Shown: in pieces, positions 26,034-36,680 of the stretch
How the letters are laid out: each line of letters opens with the position of its first letter
Numbering within the stretch: the first letter of the stretch is position 1
DNA from: Candidatus Bathyarchaeota archaeon
GTDB taxonomy: Archaea > Thermoproteota > Bathyarchaeia > Bathyarchaeales > Bathycorpusculaceae
Direction of reading: 5' to 3'
Length of the DNA stretch: 64,000 nt
Assembly (NCBI GenBank): GCA_963815095.1
Contig: CAWFFH010000003.1
Location: 1,056,001-1,120,000 of the forward strand
The notes under the pieces: generated by a model
The model's input: the letters and a program-made list of their open reading frames with translations, nothing else
The model's database searches: none
Told to the model about the DNA's origin: nothing
Translations under genes and position numbers: made by a program

Positions 26034-26896
26034 TGGATATCTCGGGAAAAACACGTGTTTGTGGAGTTATTGGCGACCCAATAGAACACACTCTCAGCCC
26101 AATAATGCAAAATGCCGCATTCAACTCCCTTAAACTGGACAGCACATTCTTAGCCTTCAAGGTTAAGCCTGCTGAGCTCGAAAACGCAGTAAACGGTATG
26201 CGCGCCCTAAACATCCGGGGATTAAACGTAACCATGCCGCATAAAAGCGCAATTCTAAAATTTTTAGACAGAGTCGACTTATCAGCCCAAATCATAAACT
26301 CCGTCAATACCGTCTTGAACAAGGAAAGCAAACTTTTCGGCTTCAACACAGACGGCGTAGGCGCATTAAAGGCACTAAGAGAAAATGGTGTGGAACTGAA
26401 AGGCAGAAAAGTTTTGTTGCTCGGTGCAGGAGGATCTGCAAGAGCCATAGCATACGCAATGGCTAAAGAATCCGATGAACTCGCAGTTTTGAACCGAACT
26501 CTAAAACCAGCCCAAGAATTAGCAAAACTACTTGAAAAAACGGCTAACAAAAAAATAGTTGCAGGCTCACTCTCGCCAAAGGAAATCCAGCACAACCTCC
26601 AAGACTCAGACATTCTAATCAATGCTACATCTGTTGGAATGAAACCGAAAGCCGACGAAAGCCTTGTTGCTCCGAAACTTTTGAGATCTAATTTAGCAGT
26701 ATTGGACATTGTTTATAATCCGATTGAGACAAAACTGGCGAAAGAAGCTAAAGTAGCAGGAGCTAAAGTGGTCAGCGGAGTTGAGATGCTGATTTATCAG
26801 GGCGCTGCGTCCTTTGAAATCTGGACAGGAAAATCTGCTCCAGTTGAAGTTATGAGGCAGGCAGCACTTAATCATTTGCAGAAGGTGCAACTTTGA
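26033..26896 (+). CDS. aroE: Shikimate dehydrogenase
   Basis: GDPIEHTLSP, NVTMPHK, NTDG, GAGGSARA motifs. Confidence 0.95.
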   Translation: MDISGKTRVCGVIGDPIEHTLSPIMQNAAFNSLKLDSTFLAFKVKPAELENAVNGMRALNIRGLNVTMPHKSAILKFLDRVDLSAQIINSVNTVLNKESKLFGFNTDGVGALKALRENGVELKGRKVLLLGAGGSARAIAYAMAKESDELAVLNRTLKPAQELAKLLEKTANKKIVAGSLSPKEIQHNLQDSDILINATSVGMKPKADESLVAPKLLRSNLAVLDIVYNPIETKLAKEAKVAGAKVVSGVEMLIYQGAASFEIWTGKSAPVEVMRQAALNHLQKVQL

Positions 26897-27762
26897 ATGG
26901 GAAAGCAATAGCTATTGCTCATGGGGCTGCAACAATCGTAAACGCGATTGCACTGGGGAAAGGTGCAGCGTTTGGAGTTGATTTATGGACTCGAGCAGAA
27001 GTTCAATTAACCAATGAACCAGGTCTTTTCCGAGCTGAAATTGTATCTGACCCAAAAGAAAGCACGCTTCTAATAGAAAAAACCGCGGCAAGAATTCTTC
27101 AAAGGTTTAATTTAGAGAAGAATTTTGGCGCAAAAATAAAAACACTATCAAACATCCCAATCGCAAGGGGACTCAAAAGCAGCAGCGTAGCAGCAAACGC
27201 CACAGCACTCGCAACTACGGCAGCTCTTGACAAAACCCTTGACGACCTCGAGATTGTAAAGTTGGGTGTCGAGGCGGCTTTTGATGCTAAAGTTACCATT
27301 ACCGGCGCATTTGACGATGCATGTGCCTCATACTTCGGCGGGATAGTAATTACCGATAACTTCAAACGGGAAATAATCAAACAGTTGCCGTTCCCCAAAA
27401 ACTTAGTGGTGCTATTCCATGTTCCGACCCAAAAGGCCTACACTGCTGACTCTAATGTAAATAGACTAAAAACCCTCAAACCGTTGGTTGAAGTCGCCTA
27501 CGAGAAAGCTTTGGAGGGAAAAGTTTGGGAAGCCCTAACTCTTAACGGGTTAATTTATTCTTCAGCTTCCAGTTTTAACACAAAAATTGCCATTGATGCG
27601 TTAGCTGCTGGAGCAGTTGCGGCTGGACTTTGCGGCAAAGGACCCGCTATCTCTGCAGTGGTCCCAAACGACAAAGTCGATGAGGTAAAAGTTGCCTTGC
27701 AAAAATATGAAGGCGAAATATTGCAGTCGCAATTAAATTGTGAGAAAGCCAAGGTGCTATAG
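26893..27762 (+). CDS. aroK: Archaeal (GHMP) shikimate kinase
   Basis: GAATIVNAIA, IPIARGLKSSS, TGAFDDACAS motifs. Confidence 0.93.
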   Translation: MNGKAIAIAHGAATIVNAIALGKGAAFGVDLWTRAEVQLTNEPGLFRAEIVSDPKESTLLIEKTAARILQRFNLEKNFGAKIKTLSNIPIARGLKSSSVAANATALATTAALDKTLDDLEIVKLGVEAAFDAKVTITGAFDDACASYFGGIVITDNFKREIIKQLPFPKNLVVLFHVPTQKAYTADSNVNRLKTLKPLVEVAYEKALEGKVWEALTLNGLIYSSASSFNTKIAIDALAAGAVAAGLCGKGPAISAVVPNDKVDEVKVALQKYEGEILQSQLNCEKAKVL

Positions 27763-27765
27763 AAA

Positions 27766-29064
27766 ATGGTAGATGTATCAATTAAGAAAACTGAAAAGTT
27801 GACCGGTCAAGTTTGTGCGCCATCCTCTAAGTCTTATACACAAAGAATGGTAATCGCCTCTGCCCTCTCTAATGGTACATCAAGAATTTCTAATCCCTTA
27901 TTGTCTGAGGACACAGAAGCCACGTTACGTGCTATCACAGCTTTGGGCGCAAAAACAACGGTCGCGGAAAACTGCTGGATAATCGAAGGCGCTAAAACAC
28001 TGAAGGGCTCAAAAGATCCAATTGACTGCGGCGAATCGGGAGCTACACTTCGTTTCATGATTCCCATAGCTGCATTGGCAACTAATTCTTCCACTTTACT
28101 ATTTAGAGGCTCCATCGAAAAACGACCCGTAGAACCCTTACTTAAAAGCCTCAAAGAACTCGGCGCTAACGCATATGTTGGAAAAATCGACGGGAAAGAT
28201 GCAGTTTTTGTGGAAGGCAGCGGCATAGTTGGAGGCGAAACATCAATTTCAGGAGATATTAGTTCCCAGTTCATTTCTGGTTTAATGTTTGCTTGCCCAA
28301 AGGCTGAGGTGGACACGGAAATTATGCTAACTTCCCCTTTGGAGTCAGCAGACTATGTTAAGATGACTCAAGTGGTTCTGGCTGAACATAAAATTAAAGT
28401 GCCCGCACACGAAAATCACGTTCATATCCCCGCAAACCAAACCTACATACCCAAAGATGGTGGAGTCCCAGGCGATTTCTCTTCCGCTGCTTTTCTTCTC
28501 GCTGCCGCAGCAATAACCAACTCTAAAGTCCAACTAAACAACCTCAATTATGGCAGCATTCAGGGCGATAAAGCCATCATGGGCACCCTCAAGCACATGG
28601 GCGTTGAGGGAAAAGTCTGCAACGACAGTGTTGAAATTGGAGGCACTGGCAACTTACTCAAACCCGTTGAGGTCGATGCAAAAAATATTCCTGATCTTGT
28701 CCCAGCTATAGCTGTGCTGGCATCTTACGCAAAAGGTACCTCTCATATCTTTGGTGCTCACAGGCTTCGGCTTAAAGAATCTGATCGTCTTGAATCGCTT
28801 TACCTTGAATTAACGAAGATGGGAGCAAAAATTGCTATCAACAATGATGGTTTAATAATTGAGGGCGGTTCACCCTTACACGGTGCAGTTATAGATCCTC
28901 ATAATGACCATCGAATCGCCATGGCATGCGCAGTTGCCGCTTTAGGTGCAGAAGGCGAAACCATAATCCAAAATGCAGAGTGCGTCAGAAAGTCTTATCC
29001 ACAATTCTTCATTCATCTAAAACAGTTAGGAGTTGACTTAGTTGGCGGGAAATTCGATAGGTAA
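27766..29064 (+). CDS. aroA: EPSP synthase
   Basis: SKSYTQR, GESGATLRF, SSQFISG, KESDR, DHRIAMA motifs. Confidence 0.95.
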   Translation: MVDVSIKKTEKLTGQVCAPSSKSYTQRMVIASALSNGTSRISNPLLSEDTEATLRAITALGAKTTVAENCWIIEGAKTLKGSKDPIDCGESGATLRFMIPIAALATNSSTLLFRGSIEKRPVEPLLKSLKELGANAYVGKIDGKDAVFVEGSGIVGGETSISGDISSQFISGLMFACPKAEVDTEIMLTSPLESADYVKMTQVVLAEHKIKVPAHENHVHIPANQTYIPKDGGVPGDFSSAAFLLAAAAITNSKVQLNNLNYGSIQGDKAIMGTLKHMGVEGKVCNDSVEIGGTGNLLKPVEVDAKNIPDLVPAIAVLASYAKGTSHIFGAHRLRLKESDRLESLYLELTKMGAKIAINNDGLIIEGGSPLHGAVIDPHNDHRIAMACAVAALGAEGETIIQNAECVRKSYPQFFIHLKQLGVDLVGGKFDR

Positions 29065-30145
29065 AGAATTCATTGTTACAACGTTTGGCGAGAGCCATGG
29101 CAAAGTTGTTGGCGTAGTTGTGGATGGTTGTCCAGCTGGCTTGCCACTTTCCGAAGCTGATTTTCAGGAGGAGCTTGACCGCAGGATTCCAGCAGAACCC
29201 AAAATTGTTTCTGAACGAGTCGAAAAGGACGTTGCCAGGATTCAAAGTGGGGTTTTTAATGGTTTCACAACTGGCGCTCCAATCGCGATGATGGTTGAAA
29301 ACAAAGAAACCAACTCAAGCGACTACGAAGCCATCAAAGACCTGCCAAGACCCGGACACTCCGATTACCCAGCCCGCATCAAATACGGCGGCTTTAACGA
29401 CTACCGAGGTGGTGGACGCTTCTCAGGCAGAGTCACAGTAGCACTAATCATGGCAGGCACTATAGCCAAAAAACTACTTGGCAGATATAACATCGACGTT
29501 TTAGCTTATACCCAATCGATAGGCGCAATAAAAACTGATAAAAAATTCAGCGCCACAGAAATCCGCAAAAACAAAGAAGCAGCCGCAACCAGGTGTCCAG
29601 ATTTAGAGTGTGCGGAGAAGATGGAGGAAGCCATAATCAACGCGCGAAAAGAAGGTGAGAGTCTTGGCGGAATTATCGAATGTATGGGGCTGAATATGCC
29701 TCCAGGAATTGGTGAGCCACTGTTTGACTCGTTGGACGCAGATTTGGCGAAAGCAATATTTTCGGTTCCCGCAGTGAAGGGCGTGGAATTTGGAGCTGGG
29801 TTTAAGGCAGCAGAGTTGACAGGTTCACAAAACAACGACTCTTTCCTATTAAAAGACGGCAAAGTTTTGACTTCCACCGAGAATGCAGGTGGAATACTAG
29901 GCGGCTTATCCAGCGGCATGACCATCGTGATGCGTGTGGCCATTAAACCGACGCCTTCGATATCAAAAGAACAGAAGACCGTTAACCTATCCTCGATGCA
30001 GAATGCTGCCATAAGCGTTAAAGGCAGACACGACCCCTGCGTAGTTCCAAAAGCCGTCCCAGCTATCGAAGCAGCAGTTGCCATAACCTTAGCTGACCAC
30101 ATGATACGCTCAGGTTACATACCTAAAGCCCTCAAGGAGCACTAA
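29042..30145 (+). CDS. aroC: Chorismate synthase
   Basis: FGESHG, PRPGHSD, GGGRFSGR, GRHDPC motifs. Confidence 0.95.
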   Translation: MAGNSIGKEFIVTTFGESHGKVVGVVVDGCPAGLPLSEADFQEELDRRIPAEPKIVSERVEKDVARIQSGVFNGFTTGAPIAMMVENKETNSSDYEAIKDLPRPGHSDYPARIKYGGFNDYRGGGRFSGRVTVALIMAGTIAKKLLGRYNIDVLAYTQSIGAIKTDKKFSATEIRKNKEAAATRCPDLECAEKMEEAIINARKEGESLGGIIECMGLNMPPGIGEPLFDSLDADLAKAIFSVPAVKGVEFGAGFKAAELTGSQNNDSFLLKDGKVLTSTENAGGILGGLSSGMTIVMRVAIKPTPSISKEQKTVNLSSMQNAAISVKGRHDPCVVPKAVPAIEAAVAITLADHMIRSGYIPKALKEH

Positions 30146-30147
30146 GC

Positions 30148-30408
30148 ATGGCTGAAATCCCACAGCTAAGAAAAAAAGTGGACGAAGTCGATGACCAAAT
30201 CTTAACAGCACTTTGCGAAAGAGTCAAAATTTGTAAGGCAATTGGCAACGCGAAGAAAAAGCAAGGTTTGCCAATTAAAGATACGTCGAGGGAGAATGAT
30301 GTTTACAAACGCATCAGTGAAAAAGGTACCCAATTAGGGCTTGATTCAGGTCAGGTTGAAGCGGTTTACCGCGAAATAGTTAATATGTGCAGTGCCGTTC
30401 AAGAATAA
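30148..30408 (+). CDS. Chorismate mutase (AroQ type)
   Basis: LRKKVDEVD.QI...L.ER......IG..K......D..RE motif. Confidence 0.9.
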   Translation: MAEIPQLRKKVDEVDDQILTALCERVKICKAIGNAKKKQGLPIKDTSRENDVYKRISEKGTQLGLDSGQVEAVYREIVNMCSAVQE

Positions 30409-31519
30409 AGCGCTCTTAACGGAGAGTCCAAACTGTATGCTCTACGAGATAAACGAGAAAGCCCTCAAATTGGAAAGTGAAGGAAAAAAGATAATTCGAT
30501 TAAACCTTGGCGACCCAGACATGGCTACGCCGCCTGAAATCGTGGAAGCAGCATACGCTTCTATGAAAGCTGGAAAAACCAAGTATTCCTCTTCATATGG
30601 CGAGTTGAAGCTACGACAGAAAATCGCTGAAGTTCATGGCGTTAAAGCAGAAAACGTGGTTATTACGCCTGGTTCAAAATGGGGCATATTCGCCACGATG
30701 TTTTTGATGCTCAAAAACGGCGGCAACGTAATAATTCCCACGCCATACTGGACAGCTTACGATTTAATAGCAAAAAGCTTCGGCGCAAAAACAAAATTGC
30801 TTCGAACAGAAATGGCAGACGGCTGGAAAATCGACCTCGACAAGCTAGAAGGGTTAATTGACAAAGAAACCAAAATGATTATTCTTAATAACCCAAACAA
30901 CCCAACCAGCAAAGTCATAGACAACAAAACCCTCGACGGCATTGTGGAGTTGGCAAACAAAAAAGGCGTCAACATACTCTCAGACGAAGTTTACGGCGCA
31001 ATCAGCTTTGTTAAAACCAAAAGTATTCTCGACTATGATGGCGAATGCAAACATGTTCTCTCAAACGGGTTCTCAAAAACCTTCACCATGACGGGTTGGC
31101 GCATCGGCTACTTAGTAGCAAACAAAATGCTCGTTGACAACATAACCAAACTCAACCAAATCACCATAAACAACGTACCTGTCTTTATCCAAGACGCAGC
31201 CCTCAAAGGCTTAGAACTGCACAAACAAATCGCCTCCTCAATCAAAGCCAAATACAAGACACGCGCGGACCTCGCCAGCACTAAACTCTCCACCGCAGGA
31301 CTAAAATTCACCAAACCCGACGCACCCTTCTACGTCTTCCCCAAACTTGATGGTTTAGACGGCGACAAATTCACGCTAAACCTGCTCGATAAAGGCGTTG
31401 CAGTGGCTCCCGGCTCATCGTTTGGAGACTATCGCGAACACTTCCGCATCTCCCTAACCGCACCAGACGACCAAATCGAACAAGGTCTGAATAAAATCTG
31501 CGAGGCCATTGCTAAATGA
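30392..31519 (+). CDS. Class I PLP aminotransferase (aromatic/aspartate)
   Basis: NNPNNPT, SDEVY, GFSKTFTMTGWRIG motifs. Confidence 0.9.
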   Translation: MPFKNKALLTESPNCMLYEINEKALKLESEGKKIIRLNLGDPDMATPPEIVEAAYASMKAGKTKYSSSYGELKLRQKIAEVHGVKAENVVITPGSKWGIFATMFLMLKNGGNVIIPTPYWTAYDLIAKSFGAKTKLLRTEMADGWKIDLDKLEGLIDKETKMIILNNPNNPTSKVIDNKTLDGIVELANKKGVNILSDEVYGAISFVKTKSILDYDGECKHVLSNGFSKTFTMTGWRIGYLVANKMLVDNITKLNQITINNVPVFIQDAALKGLELHKQIASSIKAKYKTRADLASTKLSTAGLKFTKPDAPFYVFPKLDGLDGDKFTLNLLDKGVAVAPGSSFGDYREHFRISLTAPDDQIEQGLNKICEAIAK

Positions 31520-32388
31520 GGATTGCCGTAATCGGCGCGGGAAAAATGGGCGTTTGGTTCGCCAAATTCTTTCTCGCTAAAGATTACGATGTTGTATTGG
31601 CTGATCGAAACAAACAGAAACTCGAGAATCTGAAAGATTTGCTTGTGGATTTAACGACCAACTTCCAAGAAGCCGCAACGGACGCTGACCAAATCTACCT
31701 TTGCGTATCCATAAACGCAATTGAGGAAGTCGTTAAAACAATCAGTCCAGTCCTGCATGAAGGTCAGGTCGTTATGGACATATGCTCAATCAAAGATGCC
31801 CCGGTCAAAACCATGCATCAATACATCAAGGGCGCAACTGTGTTGGGGACGCACCCTGTTTTTGGTCCAGGAAGCAACGGCGTTAAACACAAAGCCTATG
31901 TTTTTACGCCTACAAATTCCGAAGAGAATGAGTTAGCTGAGCATTACAAACAGTGGCTTGCGAAGGAAGGAGCAAACGTTTTCATTATGACTCCTAAAAA
32001 ACACGACGAATTGATGTCGGTCGTTTTGGGGTTGCCACATTTTCTTGGCTTAGTGGCCTGCGAGACCTTACTTGAACAAAAGAATCTTTCTGAAACTAAG
32101 AAAGTCGCTGGAACAACTTATCGAATGCTGTTTACGCTGGCAGAAGCGACGGCGCTGGAAACTCCAGACCTGTACGTTGCCGTACAAACGAGTCTGCCAG
32201 AACTGGGAAACATCGAAGACACCTTCATGACTAAAGCCCAAGAACTACTCACCCTAATAAAGAACAAAGACACCAAAGCAATCGTCGAGCGCATGGAGCA
32301 ACTAAAAAAGAAGCTCAAGGAAACCGACAGTGACTTCACAAAATCATACGAAACCATGTACAAAATGCTGGAATCCACAGAAAAATAA
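31516..32388 (+). CDS. tyrA: Prephenate/arogenate dehydrogenase
   Basis: GAGKMG, DICSIK, HPVFGP, HDELMS.V.GLPH motifs. Confidence 0.92.
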   Translation: MRIAVIGAGKMGVWFAKFFLAKDYDVVLADRNKQKLENLKDLLVDLTTNFQEAATDADQIYLCVSINAIEEVVKTISPVLHEGQVVMDICSIKDAPVKTMHQYIKGATVLGTHPVFGPGSNGVKHKAYVFTPTNSEENELAEHYKQWLAKEGANVFIMTPKKHDELMSVVLGLPHFLGLVACETLLEQKNLSETKKVAGTTYRMLFTLAEATALETPDLYVAVQTSLPELGNIEDTFMTKAQELLTLIKNKDTKAIVERMEQLKKKLKETDSDFTKSYETMYKMLESTEK

Positions 32389-32444
32389 ACCGTCACAGAT
32401 AAACTCAAGTAACCTTTTCTACTTTTATTAGTTGAGCTGTTTTT

Positions 32445-32798
32445 ATGGAATGGAAAAAAGCGCCTATTGAGCTTGTAGATTTTATTAACGAAAAAATGAA
32501 AGATAAAAACTGCGATTACAAAAAAATGTTCGGTTACCCCGCCTACTTTTTTAACGGTAACATGTTTGTTGGGGTTCACGGCGACAAACTTTTTCTGCGG
32601 CTCTCCGAAGCCGACACAGCAGAAATAATGAAGGATTGCAAGGATGTAACTGCCTTTGAGCCCATGCCGGGAAGAGCAATGAAAGGATACGTTGTTCTCC
32701 CCAAACCTATTTACTCTGAAGATAAACTTTTCACAGAGTGGCTCGACAAATCAATAAAATATGTTGCCTCGCTGCCGCCCAAAAAAGGAAAAAAGTAA
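32445..32798 (+). CDS. TfoX N-terminal domain protein
   Basis: KKMFG..AYF.NGNMF, FEPMPGRAMKGYV, LPPK motifs. Confidence 0.85.
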   Translation: MEWKKAPIELVDFINEKMKDKNCDYKKMFGYPAYFFNGNMFVGVHGDKLFLRLSEADTAEIMKDCKDVTAFEPMPGRAMKGYVVLPKPIYSEDKLFTEWLDKSIKYVASLPPKKGKK

Positions 32799-32799
32799 C

Positions 32800-33618
32800 T
32801 CAATAGGTAGCTTTGGGGTATGAACCTAAGATTTTGATAAACGTTGCATACTTTTCTAATGCCTTTAATGCTTCGGCACATTTGGCTTCAGTTCGGTGTC
32901 CTTCAAAGTCAAGGTAAAAGTTGTATTCCCAGGCGGTTTTCTTGGTAGGTCTGGATTCGATGCGTGTCAGGTTGATGTTTCGTTTAGCGAATTCTCCAAG
33001 TGCATTGTAGAGTGAGCCGGGTTCATGTTTGGCTGAGAAGATGATGCTGGTTTTGTCTTTGCCTGTTGGGGCTGAATCTTCTTGTGATAAAACAAAGAAG
33101 CGCGTGTAGTTTTCTTTGTTGTCAGCTATGTCTTTGGCTAAGATTTGCATCTCGTAGAGTTCGGCGGCTCGTTGGCTGGCTATGGCTGCGGCGTTTAGGA
33201 GTTTTTGTTCTTTGATTATTTTGACGCTGCCCGCTGTGTCATAGGCTGGAATGATTTCCCATTTCATTTTTTCAAGGTAGTTTCGGCACTGGGCTAAAGC
33301 TTGAGGATGAGAATAGACCAATTTGATTTGATCTATAGTAGTGCCCTTGTTTACGATTAAGCAATGTGCTACTCTTACAACGACTTCTCCATAGACTTTA
33401 AGATCATAGTTGAAGAAGAGGTCGTAGTTCTGATTGATACTGCCTTCCAATGAATTCTCCACTGGCACCACACCAGACGCCACAGCTTTTTGCTTCACTT
33501 TTTCGAATACGTCGCGGAAGTCTCGACAAGGTTTAGCTTGCACCGTTTTACCGAAAAAATGGTAAACTGCCGCTTCGCTGTATGCGCCAGGTTCGCCTTG
33601 GAAAGCTACGTTTTTCAC
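32800..33618 (-). CDS. pheA: Prephenate dehydratase
   Basis: VAFQGEPGAYSE, ENSLEG, SHPQALAQC, NYTRF, IESRP (ACT domain), LGSYP. Confidence 0.95.
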   Translation of the reverse strand: MKNVAFQGEPGAYSEAAVYHFFGKTVQAKPCRDFRDVFEKVKQKAVASGVVPVENSLEGSINQNYDLFFNYDLKVYGEVVVRVAHCLIVNKGTTIDQIKLVYSHPQALAQCRNYLEKMKWEIIPAYDTAGSVKIIKEQKLLNAAAIASQRAAELYEMQILAKDIADNKENYTRFFVLSQEDSAPTGKDKTSIIFSAKHEPGSLYNALGEFAKRNINLTRIESRPTKKTAWEYNFYLDFEGHRTEAKCAEALKALEKYATFIKILGSYPKATY

Positions 33619-35153
33619 TTTTTGTTTCCCTGCTTGTGATGATTTTTTATCAAAAGCTTGTTTATTCCATTTATCATTGCTTCAACGCTGGCCATAACGA
33701 TGTCTTCGCGGGCTGCTCGGGCGCTGACGATGTTGCCTTTTTCATCTTCAACTTTTATGACAACTTCAGCGACAGCATTGGATCCGCCAGTTATGGCTTC
33801 CAGTCGGTATTCGCTTAAGCGGATGTTTTCGAGGTTGCTTGTTAATTTTTGGATTGCTTTGAGGACTGCATCGACTGGTCCCACGCCTGTTTCGGCTGCG
33901 ACGTATTCTTTGCCATCAAGTATTATGCGCACGGAAGCGGTTGGAATAACTTTGATGCCTGTGACAACAGCCATGTCGCATAAGTCGATGATTTTTTCTT
34001 CCCCAATCACCTCGCCCATGACGGCAGAAGTTAACGCTATCAAATCGGCGTCTGTAACCATTTTGCCTTTGTCGCCTAATTCTTTGACGCGTTGGACGAT
34101 TTCTTTTATTTGTTCTTCTGTAGGGTGAATGCCGATTTCTTCGAGTTCCGCTCTGATTCCGCGTGTTCCAGCAAGTTTGCCAGCTACAAGTTTCCTCGTT
34201 CTCCCGACTAACTCGGGGTTTATTGGCTCAAAAGTCAGTGGTTTTTCGGTTACGCCCCTTGTGTGGATACCTGATTCATGTGCAAATGCGTTCTCGCCTA
34301 CAATTGCCTTGTTAGCCTGGACCGTAATTCCAGTTAACGAAGCAACCATTCGCGACGTGCTATAGAGTAAGCGGGTGTTAACGTTTGTCTTATACTTGTA
34401 AATCATGTTTAGTGCCATAACCACTTCTTCCAGCGAAGCGTTTCCTGCACGTTCGCCCAAGCCGTTGACAGCAACATGTACTTGGGCCGCGCCTGCTTCA
34501 ACCGCGGCTAAGCTGTTTGCAACTGCCAATCCAAAGTCGTCGTGACAATGTGTACTTATGGGCACAGTGACCACGGTTTTCAATTCTTCAATTAGTTTGA
34601 TTGTTGTTTTGGGAATCATGATGCCTACCGTATCGGGAACATTGAGGCTGTCCATGCCTGCGTCCTGTGCCGATTTACAGACTTGTTTTAGGAAAGGCAT
34701 TTCAGATCGGGTGGCATCCATAGGTGAAAACTCACATTTTACCCCATGTTTCTTTACATATGAAATTGAATCTATAGTGGCAGCCAAAACTTGCTCTTCT
34801 GTCAAATTAACCGCGTATTTCATCTGGACTTCTGATGTCGGAATGAAAACGTGGATCAAGTCAACATCGCATGCTAATGCCGCGTCAATGTCGCCTCTTG
34901 TTGCTCGAGATAACGCGCAGATTTCTGAAGTTAACTCTAACTTAGCTATGTCTTTGACGACTTTTTTTTCGCCTTCAGAAGAACTTGGAAAACCCGCCTC
35001 AATCACATCTACGCCTAGTTTGCTAAGTTGGCATGCAATCTCAATCTTATCGTCTGAAGTTAAAGAAACTCCGGGGGTTTGTTCCCCGTCTCTTAGAGTG
35101 GTGTCAAAAATTCGGATGGTTTTTGGGTTTTTATTTGTCATGCTTTCAGCCAC
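33615..35153 (-). CDS. leuA: 2-isopropylmalate synthase
   Basis: [27 protein letters not shown]; regulatory domain; position in the leu operon. Confidence 0.85.
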   Translation of the reverse strand: MAESMTNKNPKTIRIFDTTLRDGEQTPGVSLTSDDKIEIACQLSKLGVDVIEAGFPSSSEGEKKVVKDIAKLELTSEICALSRATRGDIDAALACDVDLIHVFIPTSEVQMKYAVNLTEEQVLAATIDSISYVKKHGVKCEFSPMDATRSEMPFLKQVCKSAQDAGMDSLNVPDTVGIMIPKTTIKLIEELKTVVTVPISTHCHDDFGLAVANSLAAVEAGAAQVHVAVNGLGERAGNASLEEVVMALNMIYKYKTNVNTRLLYSTSRMVASLTGITVQANKAIVGENAFAHESGIHTRGVTEKPLTFEPINPELVGRTRKLVAGKLAGTRGIRAELEEIGIHPTEEQIKEIVQRVKELGDKGKMVTDADLIALTSAVMGEVIGEEKIIDLCDMAVVTGIKVIPTASVRIILDGKEYVAAETGVGPVDAVLKAIQKLTSNLENIRLSEYRLEAITGGSNAVAEVVIKVEDEKGNIVSARAAREDIVMASVEAMINGINKLLIKNHHKQGNKK

Positions 35154-36183
35154 TTTTCACTGTTAAGGCTGCAGCGATTGCTTCTGCCATGCCCACAGTT
35201 GTGGTGGTTCCGCCGCAGTCTGGAACAGATTGACGATTAGTCAATGCGTACACTACTCCATTCTCTATGGCTGCGCCTGCTTGTAAGCATTTCTTGTCAC
35301 TGTACTTTTCTCCCAGCCACTCCAGCATCATTTTTGCGGAGAGTATCATTGAGATTGGGTTGGCGGTGTGTTTTCCTGTGCGGTTGGGTGCTGAGCCGTG
35401 GATTGGTTCGAATAATCCAAAGTTGTCGCCTACGTTTGCGCCTGGAGCCATTCCTAAGCCGCCGATTTGTTGAGCTGCTTCATCGCTGAGTATGTCACCG
35501 AACATGTTGCATGTGCAGAAGACATCGAATATTTCTGGTTCCTTGATTAATCGCATGGACGCTGCGTCAACGTAGAGTTCGTTGAATGCGATGTCGGGGT
35601 ATTGTTTCGCGGTTTCGCGGCAAACATCACGGAATAAGCCGTCGGTTATGCGCATTACGTTTGCTTTGTGGATGGCGGTGACTTTCTTTTTGCCGTTGCG
35701 TAGGCGGGCGATGTCGAAGGCTTTTTTGGCTATTCGTTCGCAATTTTTGCGTGTGATAACTCTTAGGCATAGGGTTGTGTCATTGCCTATGGTGAATTCT
35801 AAGCCCTTGTAAACATCCTCAGTGTTCTCTCGTACAAACATCATGTTGATGTCTGGATGGGCAACTGGAACGTTGGGGTAAGCTTTCAGTGGACGCAGGT
35901 TAGCGTACAAGTCAAACATGACTCTGAGCTTCACTATGACATCTGCTGCAGACTCGCCAACTGGCCCCTTTAGGCAAGCATGGGAATTCTTAATTTTCTC
36001 TACAGTATCTGCCGGCAATGCAACGCCTATTCTCTCAAGTGCGACGTCGCCTGCTTCAGCTTCAATAATTTGCAGTTTTAGACCGAATTTTTTCTGGACT
36101 GCTTCTAGGACTTTTAGAGTGGCTTCGGTTAATTCTGGTCCGATGCCGTCGCCTGGAATTAAGGATATTTTGTATTCTGTCAT
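35146..36183 (-). CDS. leuB: 3-isopropylmalate dehydrogenase
   Basis: [29 protein letters not shown]; in leu operon. Confidence 0.9.
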   Translation of the reverse strand: MTEYKISLIPGDGIGPELTEATLKVLEAVQKKFGLKLQIIEAEAGDVALERIGVALPADTVEKIKNSHACLKGPVGESAADVIVKLRVMFDLYANLRPLKAYPNVPVAHPDINMMFVRENTEDVYKGLEFTIGNDTTLCLRVITRKNCERIAKKAFDIARLRNGKKKVTAIHKANVMRITDGLFRDVCRETAKQYPDIAFNELYVDAASMRLIKEPEIFDVFCTCNMFGDILSDEAAQQIGGLGMAPGANVGDNFGLFEPIHGSAPNRTGKHTANPISMILSAKMMLEWLGEKYSDKKCLQAGAAIENGVVYALTNRQSVPDCGGTTTTVGMAEAIAAALTVKSG

Positions 36184-36680
36184 TTTTTCATTTTTCCTTT
36201 CAAGTTCTCTATTAATCCGCCATCTGCCAATATTTCTAGGATGAATGGTGGAAGTTTTTCAACTTGGAATTTTTTGCCGTTTGAAGAGTTCTCGATTTTG
36301 CCCGCCTCAAAGTCAACAACTAATTCTTCGCCTGTTTCCACTGCGCTTGATATGCCTTTGCATTCGATTACAGGTAAACCAATGTTTATGGCATTGCGAA
36401 AAAAGATACGGGCAAACGATTCAGCGATTACGCATTTGACGCCTGAGTACTTCAAAGCTAAAGGAGCCTGTTCCCTGCTAGAGCCGCAACCAAAGTTTTT
36501 GCCGCCAACTAATATTACACCTTTTTTTGCTTTGTTGACGAATTCGGTGTCTAAGCTTTCTAAGGCATGTTTGGCTAACTCGCAGGGGTCAACTAAGATC
36601 AGGTATTTGCCTGGTAGGATGACGTCTGTGTCTATGTTGTTGCCGAATTTTATGGCTGGTGCTTTGATTTTGCTGTTCAT
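36180..36680 (-). CDS. leuD: 3-isopropylmalate dehydratase small subunit
   Basis: IDTDVILPG, NFGCGSSREQA, SFARIFFRN. Confidence 0.93.
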   Translation of the reverse strand: MNSKIKAPAIKFGNNIDTDVILPGKYLILVDPCELAKHALESLDTEFVNKAKKGVILVGGKNFGCGSSREQAPLALKYSGVKCVIAESFARIFFRNAINIGLPVIECKGISSAVETGEELVVDFEAGKIENSSNGKKFQVEKLPPFILEILADGGLIENLKGKMKK

